Below, piece by piece: positions 1-12,177 of a DNA stretch of 64,000 nucleotides. This DNA is from Narcine bancroftii (Eukaryota): assembly GCF_036971445.1 (NCBI RefSeq), contig NC_091479.1, forward strand, positions 7,812,001-7,876,000. Reading direction: 5' to 3'. Below the pieces are notes generated by a model that was not told where the DNA came from, ran no database searches, and saw only the letters and a program-made list of their open reading frames with translations. Every line of letters begins with the position of its first letter. Position 1 is the stretch's first letter. A program made the translations under genes and the position numbers.

Positions 1-395
1 TTCGGCTCTTGGACCATACTCAGAGTGCAGGAGGTTCTTTAGAGGCATTTCGAATGCTGAAAGGCCTGGACGGAGGAGATGTGGCAAGGATGTTTCCCAT
101 GGTAGGGGAGTCTAGGACAAGAGGGCACAACTTCAGGATAAAAGGGCATCAATTTAAAACACATGCAGAAATATTTCTTTAGTCTGAGGGTTGGGAGTCT
201 GTGGATCTTGTTGCCACCGGCGGCTGTGGAAGCGAAGTCATTTGTTGTACTTTAAAAGAAGAGATTGACAGGTATTTGATCAGTCAGGGCACTGAAAGGA
301 GAAAGCCAGGTAGAGGGACTGAGTGGGAGGGTGGATCAGCTCATGATAGAATGGCAGAGCAGACTTGATGGACCTACTTCTGCTCCTGTATCTTG
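1..395 (+). mobile_element. CR1 LINE 3' fragment. Similar pieces at about 1860-2165, 5420-5770, 6190-6550, 9345-10060, 18660-18940, 21110-21410, 27720-28010, 33470-33820, 36085-36300, 41300-41720, 42600-42880, 49555-49930, 63280-63390.
   Basis: Shared 3' ORF2/UTR sequence (FF.QRVV..WN.LP motif and the ggccgaatggcct-like tail) recurs across the copies. Confidence 0.8.
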
Positions 396-557
396 TGACA
401 ATAAAGAATCCACTGAATGAATGTCCACTGACTGAATGAAGTTCAGTCATTTTCTGGTAGGAGAGGGTGTCCATGGGCTCAGAAAGATCTGGGTTCTTCA
501 TTTCTGGCAGCTGGTTGTTTGAACAACTGATGAAAATGGCTGTGTCCTTGTTGACAG

Positions 558-757
558 GGTGTTGGGACAGAGGATGAAATTTCAGGCGAGATCATGGATA
601 GCCTGGGACCTCTTCTCGCCTTCATCGAGGAAGAGAAGATCAAACAAATCGATCAAGCTGATCTGCTGCTTCACCTTGACGAGGTCAAGGGTTACTGCAT
701 CCCTGAGCAAAATCAGAAGTCGTTTGGTTGGATGTTGACAAAGGAGGATGTGCTGGG
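558..757 (+). CDS. STRC: Stereocilin internal coding exon (1st in window; gene starts upstream)
   Basis: ttgacAG acceptor and GTAGG donor. Translates GVGTEDEISGEIMDSLGPLLAFIEEEKIKQIDQADLLLHLDEVKGYCIPEQNQKSFGWMLTKEDVLG, resembling human STRC EVSGEVLETLGPLVGFL...LQGFC...GWLLLQESVLG as recalled. Confidence 0.9.
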
Positions 758-2237
758 GTAGGATTCAACTCACAACTCCAACCCCACCCCAGTCCCCGCA
801 CCTGATGCCAGGTAGCGTTCAGTAGCTAATCTCTGTGGAGTTGTACACCACGTAAGTTCCGATCTTCACAGGCAACAGGGAAGGGAGGAGAAAAGAAAAA
901 TAGAACTGTGGAAAGCTGAAAGAGAGTGAAACTTGAACGTCTGCCGACACCATGATAGAAGTAAAAACACAATGCTGGAGTAACTCAGCAGGTCAAAAAG
1001 GGTACTTTATGTAGCAAAGCTAAAGATACAGAACCAATGTTTCAGGCTTGAGCCCATCAAGGTATGACCTGCTGAGGCTGTAGGCAGGCACCTGAACATA
1101 ATAGTGGTGGGGGGGGGGGGCAAGGGAGGAGGACAGTCCCACAGGCAGGAGGTTACAGGTGGATAAGGGAGGGACGGCACACCAGCCACAGGGGGATGGG
1201 GTATAGTTCTGTGAATGGAGAGGGAAGGGGAGCTGGAGGAAAGAAGACAAAGGGATGGGGAAGGGAAGGAGAATGGGGAGTAGGCTAGCAGAAACTGGAG
1301 AAGTCGACATTAATGCCATCTGGTTGGAGAGTGCCAAGTGTTGCTCCTTCAGTTTATGGGTGGCCTTGGTGGAAGAGTACATGAGGCCATGGACAGGCTT
1401 GTCAGCACGGGAAGGGGGTGCAGAATTGAAGTGTTGGCTACTGGTGAGATCCCTGCCACTGATGTGGACAGAGCAAAGGTGCTCAGCAAAATAATCTCCC
1501 AGTTTCAAGCTTAAAGAATGTCTTCCTCCTGAGTCAGTCCCTTGGACGATTCACCTCATCCTTGCGATGCATACAAAGGTAGGGGCAACGTCAGCAACAA
1601 CAACTTGCATTTCTATAGCCACTTTAGCTCGGCAGAACATTCGATGGTGTTTCATGTGGGTGACCTCACAAAAAGTTACACAGGCATGGTAATCTTGAAG
1701 CAGGTGACTGGAATCTCAGTCAAAGTGCTCTGAGAAGACAGACGGAGAGACGTCTGGGTTAGGGAGGGGGTTCTTGAGGCTCAGCCCTTGGCTGCTGAGG
1801 ACACGATTGCCAGCAGTGATGTGATAAAATTTGAGGATGGGCAGGAGGCCAGAACAGCAAGAGATCATAAGCCAAAGGAGCATAAATAGGCTATTCAGCC
1901 CATTGAGTCTACCCCGCCATTTAATCATGAACTGATCCATTTTCCCACTCAGCCCTACTGCCTGCCCTTCTCCCCATCAATCTCTGCCTTTAATACAACT
2001 AATGACCGAGCCTCCACAGCTGCCTGTGGCAGCAAATTCCACAGATTCACCACCCTCTGGCTGAAGAAATTCCTTGCATCTCTGTTCCAAGCAGACGCTC
2101 TTCGATCCTGAAGTTGTGCCTTCTTGTCCTAGATGCTCCCACTGCAGGAAACAACCTTTCTACATTTACCATGGGGTTTCGGCCCAGAACAGGGATTTGA
2201 ATAATGAAAAATGAGTTTGACTTTATTTGATTGACAG

Positions 2238-2328
2238 GGCTGCTTCGCGCTGGAATCTATCACAGGTAGAATATGTGGACAGACTCGTCCTCACCCTTGC
2301 ACCTGAGGACATCCACCAACTGTCAAAG
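2238..2328 (+). CDS. STRC: Stereocilin coding exon 2 in window
   Basis: AG/GT bounded; phase fits the previous exon; AASRWNLSQVEYVDRLVLTLAPEDIHQLSK. Confidence 0.88.
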
Positions 2329-2383
2329 GTAGAGATCTGGGAGACTGGGCAAATGGCATCTCTGATTTAAACCCTTGACTGTA

Positions 2384-2680
2384 CAGGGTGTCCCCAGGTT
2401 ACGAATGTCCGACTTGTGGACAACTCAAACTCGCGAACAAACTGTGCCCCAATTTGTGCATGCACGTAATGTTATCTCATGAATGCCCCTTCCTATATGC
2501 AGGTCATCAATGGAATGAGAGTGTCAACGTTTAATCGTGATTAAAATGTTTTAAGAACTGTTTCTTTAAATTTTTTTTACAGTACTAAGACAAACATTTG
2601 ATTGATGCTGAATAAGAACCTATGTACCTGTTCTGATTTAAAATCAGATGTAGTTCATAAAATGGGGACTCCCCGCACAG
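2384..2680. mobile_element. Possible Tigger-like MITE remnant
   Basis: TA-CAGGGTGTCCCCAGGTTACGAA start and a degenerate complementary end TTCATAAAATGGGGACTCCCC. Confidence 0.45.
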
Positions 2681-2796
2681 TAAACCTATCTGGAAATATT
2701 TGATCATTCCTTCCTCTATTCCCACACTGTAGCTGCAAAGGCTCCTTCAACAACACATTCCAGACCTGTGGGTCAGGTGGGAAAAGGCTCTGAATA

Positions 2797-3371
2797 CACT
2801 GGACAACAATTTTTTTTCAAAAGATTTGCTTCCTGAAAAAAAAATTGGGGATTATGGTCCAAGCTGAACACCAAGATAATTTCAGATTTGCTGTATCACG
2901 TCGGAAGTTGGATAAACACTGAATTAACTTTTATTGGATTTAGCCTGTTTAATGACGCCGACACATCGGGTTAGTTCAACTGACCTAAAAATGTTTTGCT
3001 GCGGATTTTCGTTTGTACTCAGAATCTGTGTCAGTGTCCAACAATAGTCGGCCAGCAATGACAGATTCCAGTTGCTCTAATACTGCTTTTCCAGGCTCAC
3101 AATATCCTGGTGAAACCTTTTACCATGTTTGACACCGAGATCAGCGGGGAAGGAGTCCAAGTGCAAATGCAGAAAGTGAATTTTCAACGACATGTTACAC
3201 TTCACGGTTTTGGATGTTTGAAGTAGATTTAAAATATGACAGGAAATATCAAAATTAGGTTAGATCTAAAAAATGGTATGTGAAAGGAAAATGTTAGGGT
3301 GATATTTATTTTGTGATCAGCCGCCCAAAATCCATAATATGCACCCAAAAGAAAATCTTTGTTGTCCACTG
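2797..3371. mobile_element. Non-autonomous Tc1/mariner-type DNA element, copy 1
   Basis: TIR CACTGGACAACAA / TTGTTGTCCACTG flanked by TA; internal sequence shared with 61319-61853. Confidence 0.75.
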
Positions 3372-3384
3372 TAATTAAGGAGGT

Positions 3385-3695
3385 GAAGTAGGTGGAGCCA
3401 CTACCTCACTGCTCCCTGAGACCTGGGTTCGATCGCGGCCTCTGGGGTTGTCTGTGTGGAGTTTGCACATTCTCCTTGTGACTGTGTGAGTTTTGCTTGG
3501 GTGCTGTAGTTTCTCCCACATCCCAAAGACATGCAGACAGCTGTTCAATTGCCTCTCGCAGATAGATGGGTGCTGGGGGGGGGGGGAGTTGATGGGGAAT
3601 GTCAGGAGAATTAAATGGGATTCTTGCAAATGGGTAGTTGATGGATGGGTTGGACTCGAGGAGCCAAAGGACCTGTTTCTGGGCTGTGAGTGAGC
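3385..3695 (+). mobile_element. tRNA-derived V-domain SINE (HE1-like)
   Basis: B-box GGTTCGATC, V-domain GGAGTTTGCACATTCTCC...TTTCTCCCACATCCCAAAGAC and a CR1-like tail. Related copies at about 9035-9135 and 17290-17560. Confidence 0.8.
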
Positions 3696-4155
3696 ATGAG
3701 AGACTTCAGACACTGGAATCTGGAGCTTAGACAATCTACTGAAGGACGTCAGCAGTCGAGCAGCGTCAGTGGGATAACATTTCGGGTTGGAACCCTTCAT
3801 CAAGACTGAGAGTGCAGAGGAGAGATAACCAGTAGAATAAGGACAGGATGGCAGGGGTTAGATGGGCCAAGAGGGGATGAGTGAACCAGAGAAGGGTGAA
3901 GGATAATGGGCAGATAGGGAGGAGGAGAGGTGAAGGATGATGCACAGATGGGTTGGAGGAGAGGTGAAGGATGACAGACAGATGGGGAGGGTGAGGGATG
4001 GAGTTGGGAGATAGAGGCAGCTGACTGGAAAGTGTCAGCTGTCCCAGGCTTGATGCATTTCCTGCAATACTGCACCATTGTCTTCCTAAGGAGGTGTAAT
4101 GTGAAAGCATGTTTGAAATCTTGCTGCTGTCCCCTAACGATTTGCTTCCTGGCAG

Positions 4156-4333
4156 GAAGTGCTAACTCCTGAGTCAGTAGAGCTGGTGTTGCACAGCGAG
4201 GAGCGATGGGGACTGAGCAAGGTGGGCAGGATCTGTCGAAGGCAGCAGAGTCGCAGGGCACGCACCACCCTCCTCAGCAAGAGGCAAATCCTGGCAGGCC
4301 ATGCCATTAAGAGCATTGTGGCGAGGCGGAGAG
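4156..4333 (+). CDS. STRC: Stereocilin coding exon 3 in window
   Basis: cctggcAG acceptor, GTCAGT donor; EVLTPESVELVLHSEERWGLSKVGRICRR..., compare human [29 protein letters not shown]. Confidence 0.87.
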
Positions 4334-4354
4334 GTCAGTAAGGGCTGGTCGTCA

Positions 4355-4625
4355 CATAGGCAATGGGTTGGGGAGTGGGCACCTGTACCCTCACACGAGG
4401 AACCGGGTTGGGGAGTGGGCACCTATACCCCCATATGAGGTTGGGGAGAGCACACAGGGAATGGGGTGAGAAGTGGGCGCCTGTACCATCACATGGGGAA
4501 TGGGCACTTGTACGGTCACACAGGGAACGGGGTGGAGGAGAGCCCCTTGTACCCACACTGGGAATGGGGTGGAGGAGAGAGCGTATACCCCCTGCACGGG
4601 GAGCGGGCGCCTGTGACCCCGCATG
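4355..4625. repeat. Degenerate minisatellite
   Basis: Recurrent GGGAGTGGGCACCTGTACC.TCACA units. Confidence 0.65.
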
Positions 4626-4891
4626 GGGCAGCATTTCTGGAGACGATGGACAGTCAAAAGTTTAGGTCAGGACCTTTGCTTGAGGTTCCCTTTGCTTGAG
4701 GTTCCCTCTCCCCAGTGGTGATGGGGAGGGAGCTTCTAGACTGTTCTAGTCAGTGATGATGAGAAACTGGTGATGTGTCCCAGCTCGAGATGGATGGGGG
4801 GTGAGGGGGCTGTTTTTCCCTGCATCTGCCGCCCTTGACCTGAGCCGTGGGAATCTGCACATGCCTCAAAATGTCCTTTGCTTCCTTCCAG

Positions 4892-5061
4892 ACGACAGCC
4901 CGCGCTGCATTGACATCAAGGCCACCTTCCCTGCTGCCTGGAGTAGCAGCCAGCTTGGCAGCATGGCGGACACGGAATTTGCTACCTGTCTGGAGGTTCT
5001 CACTGGCGACCCAGACCTGTCCATTGAGCAAAAGAAAGTCCTGGTGTCCAAGGCCAAGCAT
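4892..5061 (+). CDS. STRC: Stereocilin coding exon 4 in window
   Basis: ttccAG/GTGAGA; PRCIDIKATFPAAWSSSQLGSMADTEFATCLEVLTGDPDL matches the STRC motif C.DVRGTFPAAWS. Confidence 0.93.
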
Positions 5062-7627
5062 GTGAGACCCAGTGGCCCCGGCAGTGGGGTGGCGCCCACA
5101 TGGCCGGCGGTCCAAGGGCAATCTGCTTTCCACTGGTGGTCAGGGTGATGGGGGTGAAGTAAATGGGGTGAGGGGAATGGGGAGAGCCTGGTGGGCGGTT
5201 GTGGTAGTGGGTCTGGGAGTGGTGGTGGGTCAGGGGAGTGAGTTGGAATAAGCGAGAGCCAGGGAGAGTTTGGGTTTCAGGAGCGAGGTTGGGTGTGGAG
5301 GGGTGTTTGATGAGACTGGAGGTTATAGAGTGGGGATCATGGGGTATGAAGAGGGTGAGGCAGGGAGTGAGGCGAGTTAAGCAGGAGTCAGGGTGAGAGA
5401 GGGCCTCCTCACAATCAGTGGAACTGTTGTCAGAAATTGGAGACCTGGGAACAGAGCAGGTTTGATGGAGGCGTTCCCATCTGTAGGGCTGGTCGAAACC
5501 CCTTCATCAGAACTGGGAAGGAGGGAGAATGAGGGACAAGTAGGATGAAGGGAATATCCCTGAGAGTTTGAGGCTGTTTCCTTGGGTAGTTCTCTCCCCT
5601 GAAGGGTTGTGGAGGCCAAATTAGTTGGAGTTTTTAAAGGGGGGGGAATGGAAATTTTGAAAGGTTGTGGAATGAGGGCAATTGGGACAGACATGAGAGC
5701 GCATTTGAGGCTTAGGATAGATCAGTCATGATTGTACTGAATAAAGGTGCTGAGTGGCCTTGATTACCCAGTTAGTGGGACTGTTAGGGAGCGAGAACGT
5801 GGCTCTGTTCATCCTGGCCGTTAGTTGGTACCTCAAAAAGTAGCCTTTATCTTCAAGAACCCCCACCACCCAGGCTCTGCCCTCTTCTCACTGCTACCAT
5901 CAGGAAGGAGGTACTGGAGCCTGAAGATGAACACTCGGCGGCTACAAGGTCAGCTTCTTCTCTGCCATCAGATTTCAGAACGGACACTACCTCACATTTT
6001 TTTTCTCTTTTGCACTAGTTATTTATTTTTTAAAATCGTGTATTTACGGGATTGTCATTTTGCACCTTCTTCTGAACAAAACCCTGCTTCCGCCCAAACA
6101 ACAAACTGCATGACACACGTTCATGACAATAAACCTGATTCTGAATGAAACGAGGGCAGTTTAAGGTGTAAACATAACTAAAGGGAAGTTAATCACAGAG
6201 TTGCACAGCATAGGCCCTTCGGCGCAATTTATCAAAACTTACCAAGCTGTCTACTTAACTAGACCCATTTGCCTGTTCTTGGCCAATAACCTTCTGAACC
6301 TTTCCCTGTCTAAATGTCTCTTAAATGTTGTAATTGGGGGTTGTCCCTGCCTCTGCAACGTATCTGGCATCTTGACTGTTTCCACACCACCCTCTGTGGG
6401 AAACATTGCCCCCCTGGTCACTAAAGTCTTTCTGATTTCACTTTAAATCTATTTGCTCATGTTTTAGACTCTGCTGCCCTGGGTCCATTTGCCTTTTCTG
6501 TGCCCCTCAGGATTGTGTGTACCTCTTGGAAGACCACTTGGCTTCAGGGAGAAAAGGGGGCGGCATGGATCAGGACTGGGGTTCGAATCCCATGCTGTCT
6601 ATAGGGAGTTTGTACGTTCTCCCTGTGTCTGCTTGGGTTTCCACTGGGGCTCTGGTTTCCTCCCACTGGGGCTCTGGTTTCCTCCCACTGTTTGAAATGT
6701 ATGGGGGTTGCAGGTTAATTGGGAGTAATTGGGCAGCACGGGCTCATGGGCTGAAATTGCCTGTTACCTGTTGCATGTCTAAATTTAAAATTGAAATATA
6801 TTTTTTTTCTCAGCAAGTGTCTCTGAGCCATCACACAAGGCCCTTTCGACCCAATTAACCTACAACCCCCCGGTACATTTTGAATGGTGGGAGGAAACCG
6901 GAGCACCCGGAGGAAACCCACGTACAAACTCCTTACAGACAGCGTGGGATTTTAACCTGGGTCTCTAGCACTGCAACGGTGTTGCGCTAACCGCACTACC
7001 ACATTCTCCACCACAGTTAGTGCTGCAATTTCTTTCCATTCTTTAAGATGTCAAAGATGGTAAACTTCAACTCTTGAGTTCCAACATTCCTCTGGATTTT
7101 CATATTCCTCGATCCAGGTCCAACACATGCCTTCTGACCTTTCCCTCCTCGATCCCAAACTATAATCAGGACGCTATTGGTGAGACCAATTTGTGTTGCC
7201 CATCCTTCATGACCCCTGCAGAGAGGGATTGCTGGGCCTCTTCAGAGAACATTCCCTGATATGTTTGGAGTCCCCCACTGGCCAGACGACACCAGACTCC
7301 CTCCCCTGAACCACAAGACTTTAAACAATCTAATAGTTTCATGGTTATTAATGCAATTAGCTGTTTCTTAGTTTTGCATCAGTAAAAAAAATTGAAATAC
7401 TACAACTGCCATGGTGTGAATTGTCCTCTTTACCGGATTGGTTAGGGTCATGGTCAGGGTTGGTCCAATCACTTAACCCTGAGTGACCAGTCTATCATAT
7501 CTGGGGTAGATGGAGTTGCAGCATGGATTGGCTATAACCTCATTGTAGAGCAAGCCTTAGGGGTCTTGAAGGAAGGCAGGAGGAGGTGGCAGTGAACCTT
7601 TGACTGATTGATTGTGTCTCTTACCAG

Positions 7628-7783
7628 CTGTATGGCCCTGTGATGTCCATGAAGCGCTGGCAGGTAATGCAATTGGGCAGAGCGGCCTCGCAGCTCAACG
7701 ACCGGGATCTCCAATCCCTCGATCTGCTGGACCTGGGCATTCTGTCCTTCCTAGGGGAGATGGAGGAATGGAGTATGAAACAG
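7628..7783 (+). CDS. STRC: Stereocilin coding exon 5 in window
   Basis: accAG/GTAATG; LYGPVMSMKRWQVMQLGRAASQLNDRDLQSLDLLDLGILSFLGEMEEWSMKQ. Confidence 0.92.
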
Positions 7784-8550
7784 GTAATGGTCGTCCACCT
7801 TTCCGGACGGGTATCCCACTGAACCTTCCTTCCCTTCCAAACTGCTGGAGATGTTGGAAGCAGTTTGATTGATGGGCATTGTCAGTGAACCCCAAACAGT
7901 TACAAGATGCAGTGAAAAGCTTCTTCTGCGTTACTGAGTCAAATCCCTACCATGGGGGACAGCAATTGGAAGATTCTGAGATGACATACCATCTTCTTTT
8001 GAATCATTTTCGCATCCCATTATCTGATGTGATTTTGACTGGTAAAACCCCCAATCTGGCTGAATCCTAGACCTTTCTACTCCACCCCCCCTCCCCCACT
8101 ACTTCACAACTCCTCCAACTCCCAACTCCTCCACCTCCCTTAACCCTCTCTCCACTTCCCACCAATCCTGTGGAGCTGGATTTACAACTTAAGCAGGTAA
8201 TTCATGGTGAGAGTTCGGATCTTTGTGTGAAATTGCATTGCTGTTCCTAAATGAGCATTAATTTTACTCTCTCTGATCAAAGGGCCAGCCCATATGACAT
8301 TGATGTTAAAGCAGATAATAATAAACTTCTGTGGGGTGGATGGAGGGATTTAGCATTCAGTCTCTGGAGTGGAACTTGAACACCAGACTCTTGAGAGCAA
8401 GACCACTGCTGCCTTGAAGGAACAGGGCCCGAGTTCAGGTGAAGGGGAGCTTATTGGAGCAGGCAGATTTGTTGGTGCTAAATTGAACTGAAACCTCGTT
8501 CAAAGGGCAAAGTAACTGTTCTGCAAATTATTTCATCATGTGTCTTGTAG

Positions 8551-8693
8551 AGGAAGGCAGTGTTGGACCGCTTCCTGCGGCAGGCGAGACGTCAAGTAAC
8601 AGAACTCGACGCTACCACACTGGTAGCCTTGGGGCACTTCATCTGTGGAATGTCAGTCTCGGAGATTGAAAGGATCCGTCCTGAGGAACTCAG
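8551..8693 (+). CDS. STRC: Stereocilin coding exon 6 in window
   Basis: ttgtAG/GTCTGT; RKAVLDRFLRQARRQVTELDATTLVALGHFICGMSVSEIERIRPEEL. Confidence 0.92.
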
Positions 8694-9424
8694 GTCTGTT
8701 ACCAAAGAGAGCTCAGTAACATTCTCCCTGTGATGGAGGACATTGTTCTCCTGCAGGCTCACCCCTATAGTTGCATATCTCATCTTTATCTGTGTTCTCC
8801 TTCTCCATCCATCTTGGGATCTCCACGGAGATCCTGTCAATGCCAAGGTGGAATTCCTGAGAAGCATTGATCCGGTGACCTCTGTCCACTGAGGTTTGAG
8901 CTGTGGATCATTCATTTACCCCGAGTGAAACTGGGCTGCTCCTCAGAGTGTCTGTCCTGAAAAATTCATGAGTTGTCTCTTCACTGTGTGAACTGAGTGT
9001 CTGGGGTCCATACACCCCGTTCCCACAATGACTAATGTTGGACGGGGCAGTGGTGCAGTGGGTAGAGTTGCCACATCACTGTGTCAGAGACCTGGGTTCG
9101 ATCCTGACTCCAGGTTCTCCCTGTGACTTCCAGGGGCTCCGATTTCATCCTCCATCCCAGGTGCGTAGCTTGGTGGGTGAACTGACCCCAATGTGGGCAT
9201 AGTAGGGAGATGATGAAATGGTGGGAAGAATATAAAAAAATAGCTGATGAGAGCATGGATCTGGTGTACTGTAGGCCATTTCTCCATGATGTATGGCCTG
9301 TGAGAAAGCAATGGTGCAGAATGTTTGTGATGAGTCCACAAGAATATAAGAACTAGGAGCAGGAGTCGGCCATTCAGCACATCGAGCCTGCTCTGCCATT
9401 AAATGAGATCATGACTGATCTGTT

Positions 9425-10312
9425 GATAGAGACTTCCTGATGAATAGTTCAGATTTTGTCCAAACTGGATACACGGGATGGCTTCATTCTACGGAATGTG
9501 CAGATCACATACTCCCAGGCAGAGGTTACATACAAGGTGGAATGCTCGTTATACCACACACTCCTCGGGCAGGGAGAACAGTGGTTAAAGAATAACCCTC
9601 CCGATATATTCTCCCATCACAAACTCCTAAGGCAAGACCTATAGTTTGTCCAAGTTGAGGGGGGTGGTACACAGATGAGGGGGTTGTCTATGAGGAGGTA
9701 TCATTTCCACCTACCTGCCTTTCCCCCATATTCCTTAATACCCCTACGATGTAAAATCTATCCAACCTTGTCTTAAATATATTCACTGAGGTCGCCTCCA
9801 CTGCTTCAATGGGCTGTGAATTCCACAGATTCACCCCCCCCCCCACCCCAGCTCTGAGAAAAGCAGTTCCTCCTCATCTCCATCCTAAATCTACTACCCT
9901 GAATCTTGAGGCTATGTCCCCGAGTTCCTGTCTCCCCCACTAATGAGAACTTGCCTACCTCCATCTTATCTATGTGTTTAATAATTTTCTATAAGATCTC
10001 CTCTCATTCATTCTAAAATCCAACGAATACAGTACCAGATGACATCCATTGGCTGATATCTCCTCATAGACAACCCCCTCAACTTGGACAAACTACAGGT
10101 CTTGCTTTGGGAGTGTGTGATGGGAAAATATATCAGGAGGGTTATTCTTTAACCACTGTTCTCCCTGCCCGAGGAGTGTGTGGTATAACGAGCATTCCAC
10201 CTTGTATGTAACCTTTGCCCTGGGGGTAGGTAGTCTGCACATTCCTTATAATGAAGCCATCCTGTGTATACAGTTTGGACAAAATCTGAACTATTCATCA
10301 GGAAGTCTCTGT
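9425..10312. repeat. Local inverted duplication, arms about 9425-9697 and 10061-10312
   Basis: The arms are reverse complements with scattered mismatches. Confidence 0.9.
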
Positions 10313-10380
10313 TCATTGAGTGTATCTGATTTGCAGCTGACTTAGTCCCATTGGACTGTAACTTTTTATTTCCTTTTCAG

Positions 10381-10529
10381 TAAAGCTGTGTTGTTCATTG
10401 GTGAGTTGAAGCTGAGATGTTCTGAAGACCAGCTTGAAGCTCTGGCCAGGCTTTCCACCCATTCTGAGGCCTTTGGTCCAGTCAGCAAGTGGGGGGCCGA
10501 AATCTTCACTGAGACTGGTTCCATTGCAG
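10381..10529 (+). CDS. STRC: Stereocilin coding exon 7 in window
   Basis: Strong pyrimidine tract with cAG, GTATAA donor; [24 protein letters not shown]...[19 protein letters not shown]. Confidence 0.94.
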
Positions 10530-10659
10530 GTATAATGGCTGGGAGAGGAATCGTGGGGCCACTGGCCAGCATCTCCATTTCTCTGCTTACAATTTCATTA
10601 ATGTGTGTGCTGAGGACATCCAGGTGATTGGGGAATACTTCTCACATTGAACCATAGAG

Positions 10660-10930
10660 GTCTGGGAGTGTGTGATGGGACGGTACAAAGGGAACTTCAC
10701 TCTGTCTAAACCTTTGGGAGTGTGTGATAGGGTAGTTTAGAGTTTCACTCTAATCCTGATTTCTGGGAGCCTATGATGGGATAGTGTAGAGGGAGCTTCT
10801 CTCTGTCTAATCTTGTGCCCTGGGAGTGTATGATGGGATGGTGCAGAGGGAGCTTCATTTTGTCTAATCCTGAGCCTTGGAGTGTGTGATGGGACGGTGA
10901 AGAGAGAGCTTCACTCTGCCTAATCCTGTT
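10660..10930. repeat. Minisatellite related to the 38110-38525 array
   Basis: About 5 units of GGGAGTGTGTGATGGGA.GGTGTAGAGGGAGCTTCACTCTGTCTAATCC. Confidence 0.8.
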
Positions 10931-11527
10931 AGTAACAAGATGGTATGAAGGGATGGGGCATGTCTAGCCATGTAGTTGGGAGAGACACAGGGTATTATTG
11001 AGCTAATAATTGATTGATTACTCACTCCATTCAAACTGCAGAGATATCAGCCAATGGATGTCAGTTTTACAGCTGTGTTAGTCATCAATAGCAAGGGAGA
11101 CCAGTTAGTGTAGTGTGATCTGATTTATTAATGTATTCAAAACTAGTTACTTGGTTAAATGACACCATAGTCCCAGTGACGTCTGAAATGTGTAGTTACA
11201 AATGGTTTCCAAAACTCGTGACCTGCTCAGCCTGGTATGACAATGCTTCTCCAATCGCTGGAGGGTTCACACGCTGGAAGCCCCAGACGAAGCCACACTG
11301 AGCACGTCGCCCCACGTGATGTTTCTTTAAAGGCTCAAGAGAGCACACAGACTGAACATTTCTGCTCTCCACAGTCTCTGAAGTCCTTCTTGTTCTGGGT
11401 GGTCAGATGATACACAGTGCAGCAGTGGAAAAGGTGGGAGGCTGACTGGGCCACTGGGCAAGACAGCTCTTGGCTGTGGTGTGGATGTTGTGGCAGATTC
11501 AGCTCACCGCTTCTCTTCCCTTAACAG

Positions 11528-11625
11528 CTGGCTTGGCCGACATGGACCTCTCTGCACTGATTGAGGAGCAGATTGAAGGGCTCACACCTTCCGCCATCTC
11601 CCTCCTCCTACCTGACAAATTTGCG
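11528..11625 (+). CDS. STRC: Stereocilin coding exon 8 in window
   Basis: aacAG/GTGAGT; AGLADMDLSALIEEQIEGLTPSAISLLLPDKFA. Confidence 0.94.
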
Positions 11626-12177
11626 GTGAGTTTTTGAATGATAAATTGAAGTTTTTGGTAGAAATATTTTGGTTAGGAAAGTAAGACAGGATTGCATGTC
11701 ATAATATCGTCACTGTGGGAATGTGTGAAACACACCAACCCACTTAGGCACAGCAAGACCCCACTAACAGCATGTCCAGAGCATATTTGTGCATGGGCAT
11801 TGAATGAATTGCGGAAGAACTCTCCTCCTTGAAGCAAAGCTTGGTATCTACTGTATCTGAAAAGGCAGATTGAATGTACGGAAGGGGCAGCATTCCCTTG
11901 GTCCTGTGCCTGCTGGGGTCAGACTGATATCTCTAGTGTGGCTCTTGAACTCACAATGTGCTAAGGCAGAGATAAGTGCACGACCAACCTGAAGACCACT
12001 CACGGTGCCTCATTCTACCCTGTCCCATCTGCATTTGACACCTTTGGCCTGCTGAAATTGACACCACCTTCCCTCCACTTCTGGCTGGAAGCAGTCCTCT
12101 GACCTAGGAAGTCACCTGTTCCTGAGCGTTTTGCCTTCTCCATCCAGCATCTCTGTGATGTCTGTAATATGACCTTT

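Noticed and set aside
5495-5515. Hammerhead motif on the minus strand (CTGATGAAGGGG)
   Set aside because: The GAAA box is missing; truncated remnant.
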